Shown here one piece after another: positions 1-14,200 of a stretch of 64,000 bases of DNA. A program made the position numbers and the translations under genes. The notes below the pieces were generated by a model. The model did no database searches. It saw only the letters and a program-made list of their open reading frames with translations, and was not told where the DNA came from. Source of the DNA: the human T2T-CHM13v2.0 reference genome, Homo sapiens; the NCBI RefSeq assembly GCF_009914755.1, contig NC_060948.1; one strand, written 5' to 3'. Position 1 is the stretch's first letter; each line of letters begins with the position of its first letter.

Positions 1-3000
1 AATTCTAATTCATTCAAATGGAATGGAATTGAATGGAATGGAATCCAATGGAATGGATAGGATTGTACTGGAATGGAATAGCATGGAATGCAACGGAGTG
101 GAATGGAGTTGAATGAAGTGGAATGGAATCGATTGGAATGGAATCAAATGGAATGGACGGGAATGGAATGGACTGGAAGAGAACAGACTCGAATTTAATG
201 GATTGCAATTTAATTGATTCAAATGGAATGGAATCGAATGGAATGTAATAAAATTGAAGGGATTTGAGTTCAATGCAATGGAATAGAATGGAATGCAAAG
301 GAAAGGAAAGGTACGGAGTGAAATCGAGTGTAATGGAATCGAATGGAATGAAATCGAATGGAATGGACTCAAAAGAAAAGGAAGAGGGACAAAACGGAAT
401 CGAACTGATTGGAATCGAACGGAATGGAATGGAATGGTCTCCATTGGATCGGAGTAGAACGGACTGGAATGGAATGGAATGAAAAGGAATGGAAAGGAAT
501 AGAATGGAATGGAATGGAATGGAATGGAATGGAATGGAAGGTAATGGAAAGATATCGAACGGATTGGAAAAGAATGGAATGGACCCTAATGGAATGGAAT
601 GGAATTCAACAGAAACGAATGGAATGGACTGGAGTGAAATGGAGTCGAATGTAATTGACTGGAGTGGAATGGACTCGAAAGGAATGGACTCGAATAGAAT
701 GGACTGGAATGGATTGTACTCGAATGGAGTGGAAAGGAATAAAATGGATTCCACCAGATTGGAATGGAACAGAATGTAATGGAATGGAATGGAATGCAAT
801 GGAATAGCTCCAATGGAATGGAGTCGAATGCAATGGAACAGAAAGGAAAGGAATTGAATGGAATTGAAAGTAATAGAACATAATGGAGTGCAAAGGAAAG
901 ATATTGAATGGAATGGATTCAAAAGAAATCGAATGGAATGGTCAGGAATGGAATGGAATAGAATGGAATAGACTGGCGTGCAGTGAAAACGAGTGGAATG
1001 GAAACGAATGGAATGCAATGGAAAGGAATGGAGTAGAATAAATACTATGGAATGGAATGGAGGCGAAAGGAAAAGAATAGATTGGAATGTCACCGAATGG
1101 AAAGATATGGAATGGAAAGGAATGGATACGAATGGAATGGAATAGAAAGGAACGGAAAGGTAAAGAATGGAATGGAATCGGATAGAATGGAATGCAATGT
1201 AATGGAGTCGAATGGAAAATAATCGTGTAGAATGATATCGAATGGAATGGAATTGAATGGAATGGACTCGAATGGAATGTACTCAAATGGATTAGAATAG
1301 AATGGAATGGAACTAAACGTAATGAACTCGAATGGAATGGACACAAATAGAATGGAAGAGAAAGGAATGGTATTGAATGGAATTTATTCGAATAGAGTGG
1401 GATTGAATGGAATGCAACAGTGTGGCATGGAATCAAATGGAATGGAATCGAATGGAATGGACCCGAGTGGAATGGACTCACATAGAGCAGCCTCGAATGT
1501 AATGGATGACAATGTATTAGATTCGAAAGGACTGAAATCGAATGGAATGTAATCAAGTAGAACGGAATTGAATGCATGGAATGGCATAGAAAGTAACGCA
1601 ATGGAATGGAATAGACTGGAATGGAATGGAATCGGATGGAATGTAATGAAATGTAATGGAAGGAATGCCATGGAATGGAATGGAATGGAATGCAATGGGA
1701 CGGTGTATAATGGAGTGCAATGGATTTCAGTGGAATGTAGTCAAAAGGAAAGAAATAGAATGGAATTCAATATAATGGAATGGCATCCAATGGCAAGGAA
1801 TGGAGCAGACTCCAATGGAAACGACATGAAAGGAATATAATAAAATGGAATGGCATTGAACGAAATGGAATGCAATGGAGTTAAAAGGTAAAATATCGAA
1901 TGGAAAAGAATTGAATGGACTCGAAAGGAATATAATGGAATGGAATGGACTCGAATGGAATGTACTAGAGTTGAATGGAATCGAATGGAATGGAAAACAA
2001 TGGAAAGGAAAGGAAGGGAATTGAAAGGAAAGGAATAGAATGGAATGGAATCGGATGGAACGGAATTGAATGGAATGGAAACTAAAGGAATAGAATAGAA
2101 AGGAATCGCATTGAATGGAATGGAATAGAATGGAATCAGATGGAACAGAAAGGAATGGAATAGAATCGAATGGAATGGCATCGAATGGATGGAATGAAAT
2201 GTAATGGAATGGAATAGAAAGGAATGGAATGGACTCGAATGGAATGTCCTCAAATGGAATAGAATAGAATGGAATGCAAGTAAATATAATGGACTCGAAT
2301 GGAATGCATTGGAATAAATTGGAATTGAGTGTATTGGATTCGAATGGAAAGGAATGGAATGGAATGGAATGGAATGGAATGGAATGGAATGGAATGGAAT
2401 GGATTCGAATGGAATGGAATCGAATGTAATGGAGCGAATTGGAATGTAATTGAATGGAGTCAAAAACAGTAGAGATAAATAAAGTTTCATCAAATGATAT
2501 CGAATGGAATTGAATGGAATGTACGCGAATGGAATGGACTGGAATGGAATGGAGTGACATGTAACGGAATCGATAGGAATGGAATCCAATGAAATGGAAT
2601 TGAATGGAATAGAAATGAATAGAATGGAATGGAGATGAATGGAAAGATATTAAAATAATGGAATGGAATTGAGTGGACACGAATGGAATGGACTGGAATG
2701 GAAAGGACTCGAATGAAATGGAGCGCATTAGAACGGACTGGAATGGAATGGATTGGAGTGGAATGGTCTCGAATGGATTGGAAAGGAATGGAATGGAAAG
2801 GAATAGAATGGAATGTAATCAAATGGAACGAAATGGAATGGAATGGATTCGACCGGAGCAGAATTGAATGGAGTGGAATTGAATGGAATGGGATGCAATC
2901 GAATGGAATGGACACGAATCAAATAGAATGAAATGAAATGGCATAGAATGGAATGGAATGGAATGGAATGGAATGGAATGGGATGGAATGGAATGGAATT

Positions 3001-5612
3001 AAATGGAACGGAATGGAATGGCATGGAATGGAATGGCATGGCATGGAATGGAATGGAATGGAATGGAATGAAATGGATTGGAATGGGATGGGCCCAAAAG
3101 TAATAGACTCAAATAAAAGGAACTCAAATAGAATGAAGTGGAAAGAAACGGTCTCGAATGTAATTTATTCGAATAGAATGATATTGAATGGAATGCAATA
3201 GTATGGAATGGTATCGAATAGAATGGAATAGAATGGAATGGAATGGAACGGAATGGAGTCCAATTGAACCGACTCAAATGCAATAAATTGCAATATAATT
3301 GATTCAAATGGAATGGAATTGAATAGAATGTAAACAAATGGAATGGAAGGCAATGCAATGGAAAGGAATCGAATGAAATGGAATAAATGGAATGGAATGG
3401 AATGGAAAGGACGCGAATATATTGGACTGTTAAGGAAAGGTGTCAAATCGAATTTATTCCAATAGAATGGAATCGAATGGAATGCAATACTGTTGAATCG
3501 AATCGAATGGAATGGAATTGAATGGAATGGGCAGGAATGGAATGAACTGGAAGTGAATGGACAGGAACGTAATATATTACAATGTAATTTATTCAAATGG
3601 AATGGAATGCAATCGAATGGAATGGACTCGATTGGAATGGACTGGAGTGGAATGGACTCAAATGGAATGGCAAGGAATGGAATGGAATGGAATGGAAAGC
3701 AAAGGAATCTACTGGAATAGAATCGAACGGAACAGAAAGGAATGGAATGGAATGGAGTGGAATGGACTCGAATGGAATGTATTCGAATGTAATGGACCTA
3801 AAAAGGAATGGAATCCAATGGAATGGAATTGAATGGAATCAAAAGGAATAGAAAGGAATAGAGTGTAATTGAATGATATCGAAAGGAAGGGAATGGAATG
3901 AACTCGAATGGAATGCACTGGAATGGAATGGACTCGATCAGAACGGACTGGAGAGGAATGTACACAAATGGAATGGAAACGAATGGAATGGAATGAAATG
4001 GAATGGAATGAAATGGAATTGAAAGGAACAGAATCAAATGGAATGGAATGGAATGGAATGGATTGGAATAGAATGGATTCAAATAAAAGAGAATCGATGG
4101 GAATGGTATTGAATGAAAGGGACTTGAATGGAATGGAAAGCAATGGAAGATATTGGAATCGAATGGCATCGAATGAAATGGAATGGAACGGAATGGAACG
4201 GAACCGAATGGAATGGAATGGACTCAAATGTAATGGACACCAATGGAATCGACTGAAATATAATAGTGTCGAAAGGAATGGCCACGAGCGGAATTTATTT
4301 GAATAGAATGGAATAAAATGGAATACAAAACCATTGAATGGAATCGAATGGAATGGAATCGAATGGAATGGAATCAAATGGAATGGAACGGAATTCAATA
4401 TAATGGAGTAGAATGGAATGCATTGGAAAGGAGCAGACTGGAATCAAGTGGAATGGAATCGAGTGGAATGGAATCAATGGGAACAAAATCGAATTGAATG
4501 GACTTGAATGGAATTGACTCGAAAGGAATGGACTGGAACAAAAAGGAATCAAATGGACAGGAATGGGATGGAATGGACACGAATGGAATGGAGTCAAATG
4601 CAAACGCATCGAATGGAATGGATTCAAATGGAATGCAATGGAATGGAAGAGAAAGGAAGAGAATGGAATTGAGAGTAATGGAAAGATATCGATTGGAATG
4701 AAATGGAATGGAAAGGAATTGAATGGAAAGGAAGGGAGTGGAAAGAAATGGATTGGAATGGAATGGTCTCCAATGGAATGGACTGGAGTGGAATGGAATC
4801 TAATGGAATGAAAAGAATGGAACGGAATGGAACGGAAAGGAATAGAATGTTATGGAATCCGATTGGACAGAATGGAATGGAATGGAGTTTCATGAAATGG
4901 AGTCGAATAGAGTGGCATCAAAAGGAATGGAATGGAATGGAGTGGACTCAAAAGGAATGGACTCGAAAGGAATGGAGTCCAACCAAATTGAATCAAATGG
5001 ATTGGAGTCGAACAGAATGGAATGGAATGGAATGAACTCGACTGGAGTAGAGAGGAATGTAAAGGAATAGAATGGAATGTAATCAAATGGATTGCAAGTG
5101 AATGGAATCAAAAATAATAGAAAGGAATGGAGTGTAAAGGGATGATATTGAATATAATGGAATGGAATGGAATTTAATGGAATGGAGTCGAAGGAATGGA
5201 CAGGAATGTAATGGACTCCAATGGAATGGTATGGATGAAAATGGATTTGAACAGATTGGAATCGAACGGAATGGAATGCAATGGAATGGAATGGACTCGA
5301 ATGGAGAAGAGACAAATGGAATGGAAACGAATTCAATGGAATTGAAAAGAATAGGATGGAATGGCGTGTAATGGTAAGATACTAAATGGAATGGAATTGA
5401 ATGGAATGGAATGGACCCAAATGTAATGCACTCGAAAGGAATATACTCAAATAGAATGGAATCGAAAGGAAAGGTCTCAAATGGAATTTATTCAATACAA
5501 TGGAATCGAATGGAATGCAATAGAATGGAATGGAATCGAATGTAATGGAATCAAATAGAATGGACCAGAATGGAATGGACTGCCATAGAACGGACTGCAG
5601 TGTAATGGATTG
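1..5612 (+). repeat. 5.6 kb higher-order unit U1 (5612 bp; older, diverged type)
   Basis: Delimited by the landmark AATTCTAATTCATTCAAATGG at 1 and 5613 (phase arbitrary). It has many private variants, lacks the two 15-bp duplications, and has GGCCACGAG where other units have GGCCTCGAG. Confidence 0.93.
2351..2400 (+). repeat. Pure (GGAAT)10 tract A (copy-number variable between units)
   Basis: Perfect run between CGAATGGAAA and GGATTCG; the homologous tract holds 7-10 copies in other units. Confidence 0.9.
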
Positions 5613-8600
5613 AATTCTAATTCATTCAAATGGAATGGAATTGAATGGAATGGAATCCAATGGAATGGATAGGATTGTACTGGAATGGAATAGCATGGAA
5701 TGCAACGGAGTGGAATGGAGTTGAATGAAGTGGAATGGAATCGATTGGAATGGAATCAAATGGAATGGACGGGAATGGAATGGACTGGAAGAGAACAGAC
5801 TCGAATTTAATGGATTGCAATGTAATTGATTCAAATGGAATGGAATCGAATGGAATGTAATAAAATTGAAGGGATTTGAGTTCAATGCAATGGAATAGAA
5901 TGGAATGCAAAGGACAGGAAAGGTACGGAGTGAAATCGAGTGTAATGGAATCGAATGGAATGAAATGGAATGGAATAGACTCGAAAGAAATGGACGAGGC
6001 ACAAAACGGAATCGAACTGATTGGAATCGAACGGAACGGAGTGGAATGGAATGGTCTCCATTGGATCGGAGGAGAACGGACTGGAATGGAATGGAATGAA
6101 ATGGAATGGAACAGAATAGAATGGAATGGAATGGAATGGAATGGAATGGAATGGAAGGTAATGGAAAGATATCGAACGGATTGGAAAGGAATGGAATGGA
6201 CCCTAATGGAATGGAATGGAATTCAACAGAAACTAATGGAATGGACTGGAGTGAAATGGAGTCGAATGTAATTGACTGGAGTGGAATGGACTCGAAAGGA
6301 ATGGACTCGAATAGAATGGACTGGAATGGATTGTACTCGAATGGAGTGGAAAGGAATACAATGGATTCCACCAGATTGGAATGGAACAGAATGTAATGGA
6401 ATGGAATGGAATGCAATGGAATAGCTCCAATGGAATGGAGTCGAATGCAGTGGAACAGAAAGGAAAGGAATTGAATGGAATTGAAAGTAATAGAACAAAA
6501 TGGAGTGCAAAGGAAAGATATTGAATGGAATGGATCGAAAAGAAATCGAATGGAATGGACAGGAATGGAATGGAATAGAATGGAATAGACTGGCGTGCAA
6601 TGAAAACGAATGGAATGGAAACGAATTTAATGCAATGGAAAGGAATGGAGTAGAATAAATACTATGGAATGGAATGGAGGCGAAAGGAAAAGAATGGATT
6701 GGAATGTCACCGAATGGAAAGATATGGAATGGAAAGGAATGGATACGAATGGAATGGAATAGAAAGGAACGGAAAGGTAAAGAATGGAATGGAATCGGAT
6801 AGAATGGAATGCAATGTAATGGAGTCGAATGGAAAATAATCGTGTAGAATGATATCGAATGGAATGGAATGGAATGGAATGGACTCGAATGGAATGTACT
6901 CAAATGGATTAGAATAGAATGGAATGGAACTAAACGTAATGAACTCGAATGGAATGGACACAAATAGAATGGAAGAGAAAGGAATGGTATTGAATGGAAT
7001 TTATTCGAATAGAGTGGAATTCAATAGAATGCAACAGTGTGGCATGGAATCAAATGGAATGGAATCGAATGGAATGGACCCGAGTGGAATGGACTCACAT
7101 AGAACAGCCTCGAATGTAATGGATGACAATGTATTAGATTCGAAAGGACTGAAATCGAATGGAATGTAATCAAGTAGAACGGAATTGAATGCATGGAATG
7201 GCATAGAAAGTAACGCAATGGAATGGAATAGACTGGAATGGAATGGAATCGGATGGAATGTAATGAAATGTAATGGAAGGAATGCCATGGAATGGAATGG
7301 AATGGAATGCAATAGGACGGTGTATAATGGAGTGCAATGGATTTCAGTGGAATGTAGTCAAAAGGAAAGAAATAGAATGGAATTCAATATAATGGAATGG
7401 CATCCAATGGCAAGGAATGGAGCAGACTCCAATGGAAACGACATGAAAGGAATATAATAAAATGGAATGGCATTGAACGAAATGGAATGTAATGGAGTTA
7501 AAAGGTAAAATATCGAATGGAAAAGAATTGAATGGACTCGAAAGGAATATAATGGAATGGAATGGACTCGAATGGAATGTACTAGAGTTGAATGGAATCG
7601 AATGGAATGGAAAACAATGGAAAGGAAAGGAAGGGAATTGAAAGGAAAGGAATAGAATGGAATGGAATCGGATGGAACGGAATTGAATGGAATGGAAACT
7701 AAAGGAATAGAATAGAAAGGAATCGCATTGAATGGAATGGAATAGAATGGAATCAGATGGAACAGAAAGGAATGGAATAGAATCGAATGGAATGGCATCG
7801 AATGGATGGAATGAAAAGTAATGGAATGGAATAGAAAGGAATGGAATGGACTCGAATGGAATGTCCTCAAATGGAATAGAATAGAATGGAATGGAAGTAA
7901 ATATAATGGACTCGAATGGAATGCATTGGAATAAATTGGAATTGAGTGTATTGGATTCGAATGGAAAGGAATGGAATGGAATGGAATGGAATGGAATGGA
8001 ATGGATTCGAATGGAATGGAATCGAATGGAATGGAACGAATTGGAATGTAATTGAATGGAGTCAAAAACAGTAGAAAGAAATAAAGTTTCATCGAAAGAT
8101 ATCGAATGGAATTGAATGGAATGTACGCGAATGGAATGGACTGTAATGGAATGGAGTGACATGTAACGGAATCGAAAGGAATGGAATCCAATGAAATGGA
8201 ATTGAATGGAATAGAAATGAATAGAATGGAATGGAGATTAACGGAAAGATATTAAAATAATGGAATGGAATTGAGTGGACACGAATGGAATGGACTGGAA
8301 TGGAAAGGACTCAAATGAAAACGAGCGCATTAGAATGGACTCGAATGGAATGGATTGGAGTGGAATGGTCTCGAATGGATTGGAAAGGAATGGAATGGAA
8401 AGGAATAGAATGGAATGTAATCAAATGGAACGAAATGGAATGGAATGGATTCGACTGGAGCAGAATTGAATGGAGTGGATTTGAATGGAATGGAATGCAA
8501 TCGAATGGAATGGACACGAATCGAATAGAATGAAATGAAATGGCATAGAATGGAATGGAATGGAATGGAATGGAATGGAATGGAATGGAATGGAATGGAA

Positions 8601-11224
8601 CGGAATTGAATGTCATGGAATGGAATGGCATGGCATGGAATGGAATGGAATGGAATGGAATGAAATGGATTGGAATGGGATGGGCCCAAAAGTAATAGAC
8701 TCAAATAAAAGGGACTCAAAGAGAATGAAGTGGAAAGAAACGGTCTCGAATGTAATTTATTCGAATAGAATGATATTGAATGGAATGCAATAGTATGGAA
8801 TGGTATCGAATAGAATGGAATAGAATGGAATGGAACGGAATGGAGTGCAATTGAACGGACTCAAATGCAATAAATTGCAATATAATTGATTCAAATGGAA
8901 TGGAATCGAATAGAATGTAAACAAATGGAATGGAAGGCAATGCAATGGAAAGGAATCGAATGAAATGGAATAAATGGAATGGAATGGAATGGAAAGGACG
9001 CGAATATATTGGACTGTTAAGGAAAGGTGTCAAATCGAATTTATTCCAATAGAATGGAATCGAATGGAATGCAATACTATTGAATCGAATCGAATGGAAT
9101 GGAATTGAATGGAATGGACAGGAATGGAATGAACTGGAAGTGAATGGACAGGAACGTAATATATTGCAATGTAATTTATTCAAATGGAATGGAATGCAAT
9201 CGAATGGAATGGACTCGATTGGAATGGACTGGAGTGGAATGGATTCAAATGGAATGGCAAGGAATGGAATGGAATGGAATGGAAAGCAAAGGAATCTACT
9301 GGAATAGAATCGAACGGAACAGAAAGGAATGGAATGGAATGGAGTGGAATGGACTCGAATGGAATGTATTCGAATGTAATGGACCTAAAAAGGAATGGAA
9401 TCCAATGGAATGGAATTGAATGGAATCAAAAGGAATAGAAAGGCATCGAGTGTAATTGAATGATATCGAAAGGAAGGGAATGGAATGAACTCGAATGGAA
9501 TGCACTGGAATGGAATGGACTCGATCAGAACGGACTGGAGAGGAATGTACACAAATGGAATGGAAACGAATGGAATGGAATGAAATGGAATGGAATGAAA
9601 TGGAATTGAAAGGAAGGGAATCAAATGGAATGGAATGGAATGGATTGGAATAGAATGGATTCAAATAAAATAGAATCGATGGGAATGGTATTGAATGAAA
9701 GGGACTTGAATGGAATGGAAAGCAATGGAAGATATTGGAATCGAATGGCATCGAATGAAATGGAATGGAACGGAATGGAACGGAACCGAATGGAATGGAA
9801 TGGACTCAAATGTAATGGACACCAATGGAATCGACTGAAATATAATAGTGTCGAAAGGAATGGCCTCGAGCGGAATTTATTTGAATAGAATGGAATCAAA
9901 TGGAATACAATACCATTGAATGGAATCGAATGGAATGGAATCGAATGGAATGGAATCAAATGGAATGGAACGGAATTCAATATAATGGAGTAGAATGGAA
10001 TGCATTGGAAAGGAGCAGAGTGGAATCAAGTGGAATGGAATCGAGTGGAATGGAATCGAGTGGAATGGAATCAATGGGAACAAAATCGAATTGAATGGAC
10101 TTGAATGGAATTGACTCGAAAGGAATTGACTCGAAAGAAATGGACTGGAACAAAAAGGAATCAAATGGACAGGAATGGGATGGAATGGACACGAATGGAA
10201 TGGAGTCAAATGCAAACGCATCGAATGGAATGGATTGAAATGGAATGCAATGGAATGGAACAGAAAGGAAGAGAATGGAATTGAGAGTAATGGAAAGATA
10301 TCGATTGGAATGAAATGGAATGGAAAGGAATTGAATGGAAAGGAATGGAGTGGAAAGAAATGGATTGGAATGGAATGGTCTCCAATGGAATGGACTGGAG
10401 TGGAATGGAATCGAATGGAATGAAAAGAATGGAACGGAATGGAATGGAAAGGAATAGAATATTATGGAATCCGATTGGACAGAATGGAATGGAATGGAGT
10501 TTCATGAAATGGAGTCGAATAGAGTGTCATCAAAAGGAATGGAATGGAATGGAGTGGACTCAAAAGGAATGGACTCGAAAGGAATGGAGTCCAACCAAAT
10601 TGAATCAAATGGATTGGAGTCGAACAGAATGGAATGGAATGAAATGTACTCGACTGGAGTAGAGAGGAATGTAAAGGAATAGAATGGAATGTAATCAAAT
10701 GGATTGCAAGTGAATGGAATCAAAAATAATAGAAAGGAATGGAGTGTAAAGGGATGATATTGAATATAATGGAATGGAATGGAATTTAATGGAATGGAGA
10801 CGAAGGAATGGACAGGAATGTAATGGACTCCAATGGAATGGAATGGATCAAAATGGATTTGAACAGATTGGAATCGAACGGAATGGAATGCAACGGCATG
10901 GAATGGACTCGAATGGAGAAGAGACAAATGGAATGGAAACGAATTCAATGGAATTGAAAAGAATAGGATGGAATGGCGTGTAATGGTAAGATACTAAATG
11001 GAATGGAATTGAATGGAATGGAATGGACCCAAATGTAATGCACTCGAAAGGAATATACTCAAATAGAACGGAATCGAAAGGAAAGGTCTCAAATGGAATT
11101 TATTCAATACAATGGAATCGAATGGAATGCAATAGAATGGAATGGAATCGAATGTAATGGAATCAAATAGAATGGACCAGTATGGAACGGACTGCCATAG
11201 AACGGACTGCAGTGTAATGGATTG
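5613..11224 (+). repeat. Higher-order unit U2 (5612 bp; chimeric old head / young tail)
   Basis: Landmark at 5613. The head carries U1/U12-type alleles (GATTCCACC, ATAGCTCC, GCAGACTCC) and private changes up to ~7820. The tail from ~8095 matches U3-U10. Confidence 0.92.
8552..8596 (+). repeat. Pure (GGAAT)9 tract B (U2 copy; copy-number variable between units)
   Basis: Perfect run between GGCATAGAAT and GGAACGGAATT; 6-9 copies across U2-U10. Confidence 0.88.
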
Positions 11225-14200
11225 AATTCTAATTCATTCAAATGGAATGGAATTGAATGGAATGGAATCCAATGGAATGGATAGGATTGTACTGGAATGG
11301 AATAGCATGGAATGCAACGGAGTGGAATGGAGTTGAATGAAGTGGAATGGAATCGATCGGAATGGAATCAAATGGAATGGACGGGAATGGAATGGACTGG
11401 AAGAGAACAGACTCGAATTTAATGGATTGCAATGTAATTGATTCAAAGGGAATGGAATCGAATGGAATGTAATAAAATTGAAGGGATTTGAGTTCAATGC
11501 AATGGAATAAAATGGAATGCAAAGGATAGGAAAGGTACGGAGTGAAATCGAGTGTAATGGAATCGAATGGAATGAAATGGAATGGAATGGACTCAAAAGA
11601 AATGGACGAGGGACAAAACGGAATCGAACTGATTGGAATCGAACGGAACGGAATGGAATGGAATGGTCTCCATTGGATCGGAGTAGAACGGACTGGAATG
11701 GAATGGAATGAAATGGAATGGAAAGGAATAGAATGGAATGGAATGGAATGGAATGGAATGGAAGGTAATGGAAAGATATCGAACGGATTGGAAAGGAATG
11801 GAATGGACCCTAATGGAATGGAATGGAATTCAACAGAAACGAATGGAATGGACTGGAGTGAAATGGAGTCGAATGTAATTGACTGGAGTGGAATGGACTC
11901 GAAAGGAATGGACTCGAATAGAATGGACTGGAATGGATTGTACTCGAATGGAGTGGAAAGGAATAAAATGGATTGCACCAGATTGGAATGGAACAGAATG
12001 TAATGGAATGGAATGGAATGCAATGGAATGGCTCCAATGGAATGGAGTCGAATGCAATGGAACAGAAAGGAAAGGAATTGAATGGAATTGAAAGTAATAG
12101 AACAAAATGGAGTGCAAAGGAAAGATATTGAATGGAATGAATCGAAAAGAAATCGAATGGAATGGACAAGAATGGAATGGAATAGAATGGAATAGACTGG
12201 CGTGCAATGAAAACGAATGGAACGGAAACGAATTTAATGCAATGGAAAGGAATGGAGTAGAATAAATACTATGGAATGGAATGGAGGCGAAAGGAAAAGA
12301 ATGGATTGGAATGTCACCGAATGGAAAGATATGGAATGGAAAGGAATGGATACGAATGGAATGGAATAGAAAGGAACGGAAAGGTAAAGAATGGAATGGA
12401 ATCGGATAGAATGGAATGCAATGTAATGGAGTCGAATGGAAAATAATCGTGTAGAATGATATCGAATGGAATGGAATGGAATGGAATGGACTCGAATGGA
12501 ATGTACTCAAATGGATTAGAATAGAATGGAATGGAACTAAACGTAATGAACTCGAATGGAATGGACACAAATAGAATGGAAGAGAAGGGAATGGTATTGA
12601 ATGGAATTTATTCGAAAAGAGTGGAATTCAATGGAATGCAGCAGTGTGGCATGGAATCAAATGGAATGGAATCGAATGGAATGGACCCGAGTGGAATGGA
12701 CTCACATAGAACAGCCTCGAATGTAATGGATGACAATGTATTAGATTCGAAAGGACTGAAATCGAATGGAATGTAATCAAGTAGAACGGAATTGAATGCA
12801 TGGAATGGCATAGAAAGTAACGCAATGGAATGGAATAGACTGCAATGGAATGGAATCGGATGGAATGTAATGAAATGTAATGGAAGGAATGCCATGGAAT
12901 GGAATGGAATGGAATGCAATGGGACGGTGTATAATGGAGTGCAATGGATTTCAGTGGAATGTAGTCAAAAGGAAAGAAATAGAATGGAATTCAATATAAT
13001 GGAATGGCATCCAATGGCAAGGAATGGAGCGGACTCCAATGGAAACGACATGAAAGGAATATAATAAAATGGAATGGCATTGAACGAAATGGAATGCAAT
13101 GGAGTTAAAAGGTAAAATATCGAATGGAAAAGAATTGAATGGACTCGAAAGGAATATAATGGAATGGAATGGACTCGAATGGAATGTACTAGAGTTGAAT
13201 GGAATCGAATGGAATGGAAAACAATGGAAAGGAAAGGAAGGGAATTGAAAGGAAAGGAATAGAATGGAATGGAATCGGATGGAACGGAATTGAATGGAAT
13301 GGAAACTAAAGGAATAGAATAGAAAGGAATCGCATTGAATGGAATGGAATAGAATGGAATCAGATGGAACAGAAAGGAATGGAATAGAATCGAATGGAAT
13401 GGCATCGAATGGATGGAATGGAATGTAATGGAATGGAATAGAAAGGAATGGAATGGACTCGAATGGAATGTACTCAAATGGAATAGAATAGAATGGAATG
13501 GAAGTAAATATAATGGACTCGAATGGAATGCATTGGAATAAATTGGAATTGAGTGTATTGGATTCGAATGGAAAGGAATGGAATGGAATGGAATGGAATG
13601 GAATGGAATGGATTCGAATGGAATGGAATCGAATGGAATGGAACGAATTGGAATGTAATTGAATGGAGTCAAAAACAGTAGAAAGAAATAAAGTTTCATC
13701 GAAAGATATCGAATGGAATTGAATGGAATGTACGCGAATGGAATGGACTGGAATGGAATGGAGTGACATGTAACGGAATCGAAAGGAATGGAATCCAATG
13801 AAATGGAATTGAATGGAATAGAAATGAATAGAATGGAATGGAGATTAACGGAAAGATATTAAAATAATGGAATGGAATTGAGTGGACACGAATGGAATGG
13901 ACTGGAATGGAAAGGACTCAAATGAAAACGAGCGCAATAGAATGGACTCGAATGGAATGGATTGGAGTGGAATGGTCTCGAATGGATTGGAAAGGAATGG
14001 AATGGAAAGGAATAGAATGGAATGTAATCAAATGGAACGAAATGGAATGGAATGGATTCGACTGGAGCAGAATTGAATGGAGTGGATTTGAATGGAATGG
14101 AATGCAATCGAATGGAATGGACACGAATCGAATAGAATGAAATGTAATGGCATAGAATGGAATGGAATGGAATGGAATGGAATGGAATGGAATGGAACGG

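Noticed and set aside
1375-1400. Heat-shock elements around the GAA/TTC clusters (GGAATTTATTCGAATAG)
   Set aside because: The spacing does not fit canonical nGAAnnTTCnnGAAn, and the GAA units are almost all head-to-tail.
2001-2035. Purine run GGAAAGGAAAGGAAGGGAATTGAAAGGAAAGGAA as an ETS/GGAA microsatellite or triplex element
   Set aside because: It is short, has 5-bp rather than 4-bp periodicity, and is explained by GGAAT to GGAAA variants.
5606-5630. The EcoRI-containing landmark GATTGAATTCTAATTCATTC as a true unit boundary, mini-inversion or DUX4-type site
   Set aside because: The unit phase is arbitrary, other GAATTC sites exist in each unit, the sequence is explained by point substitutions in register, and it mismatches the DUX4 consensus.
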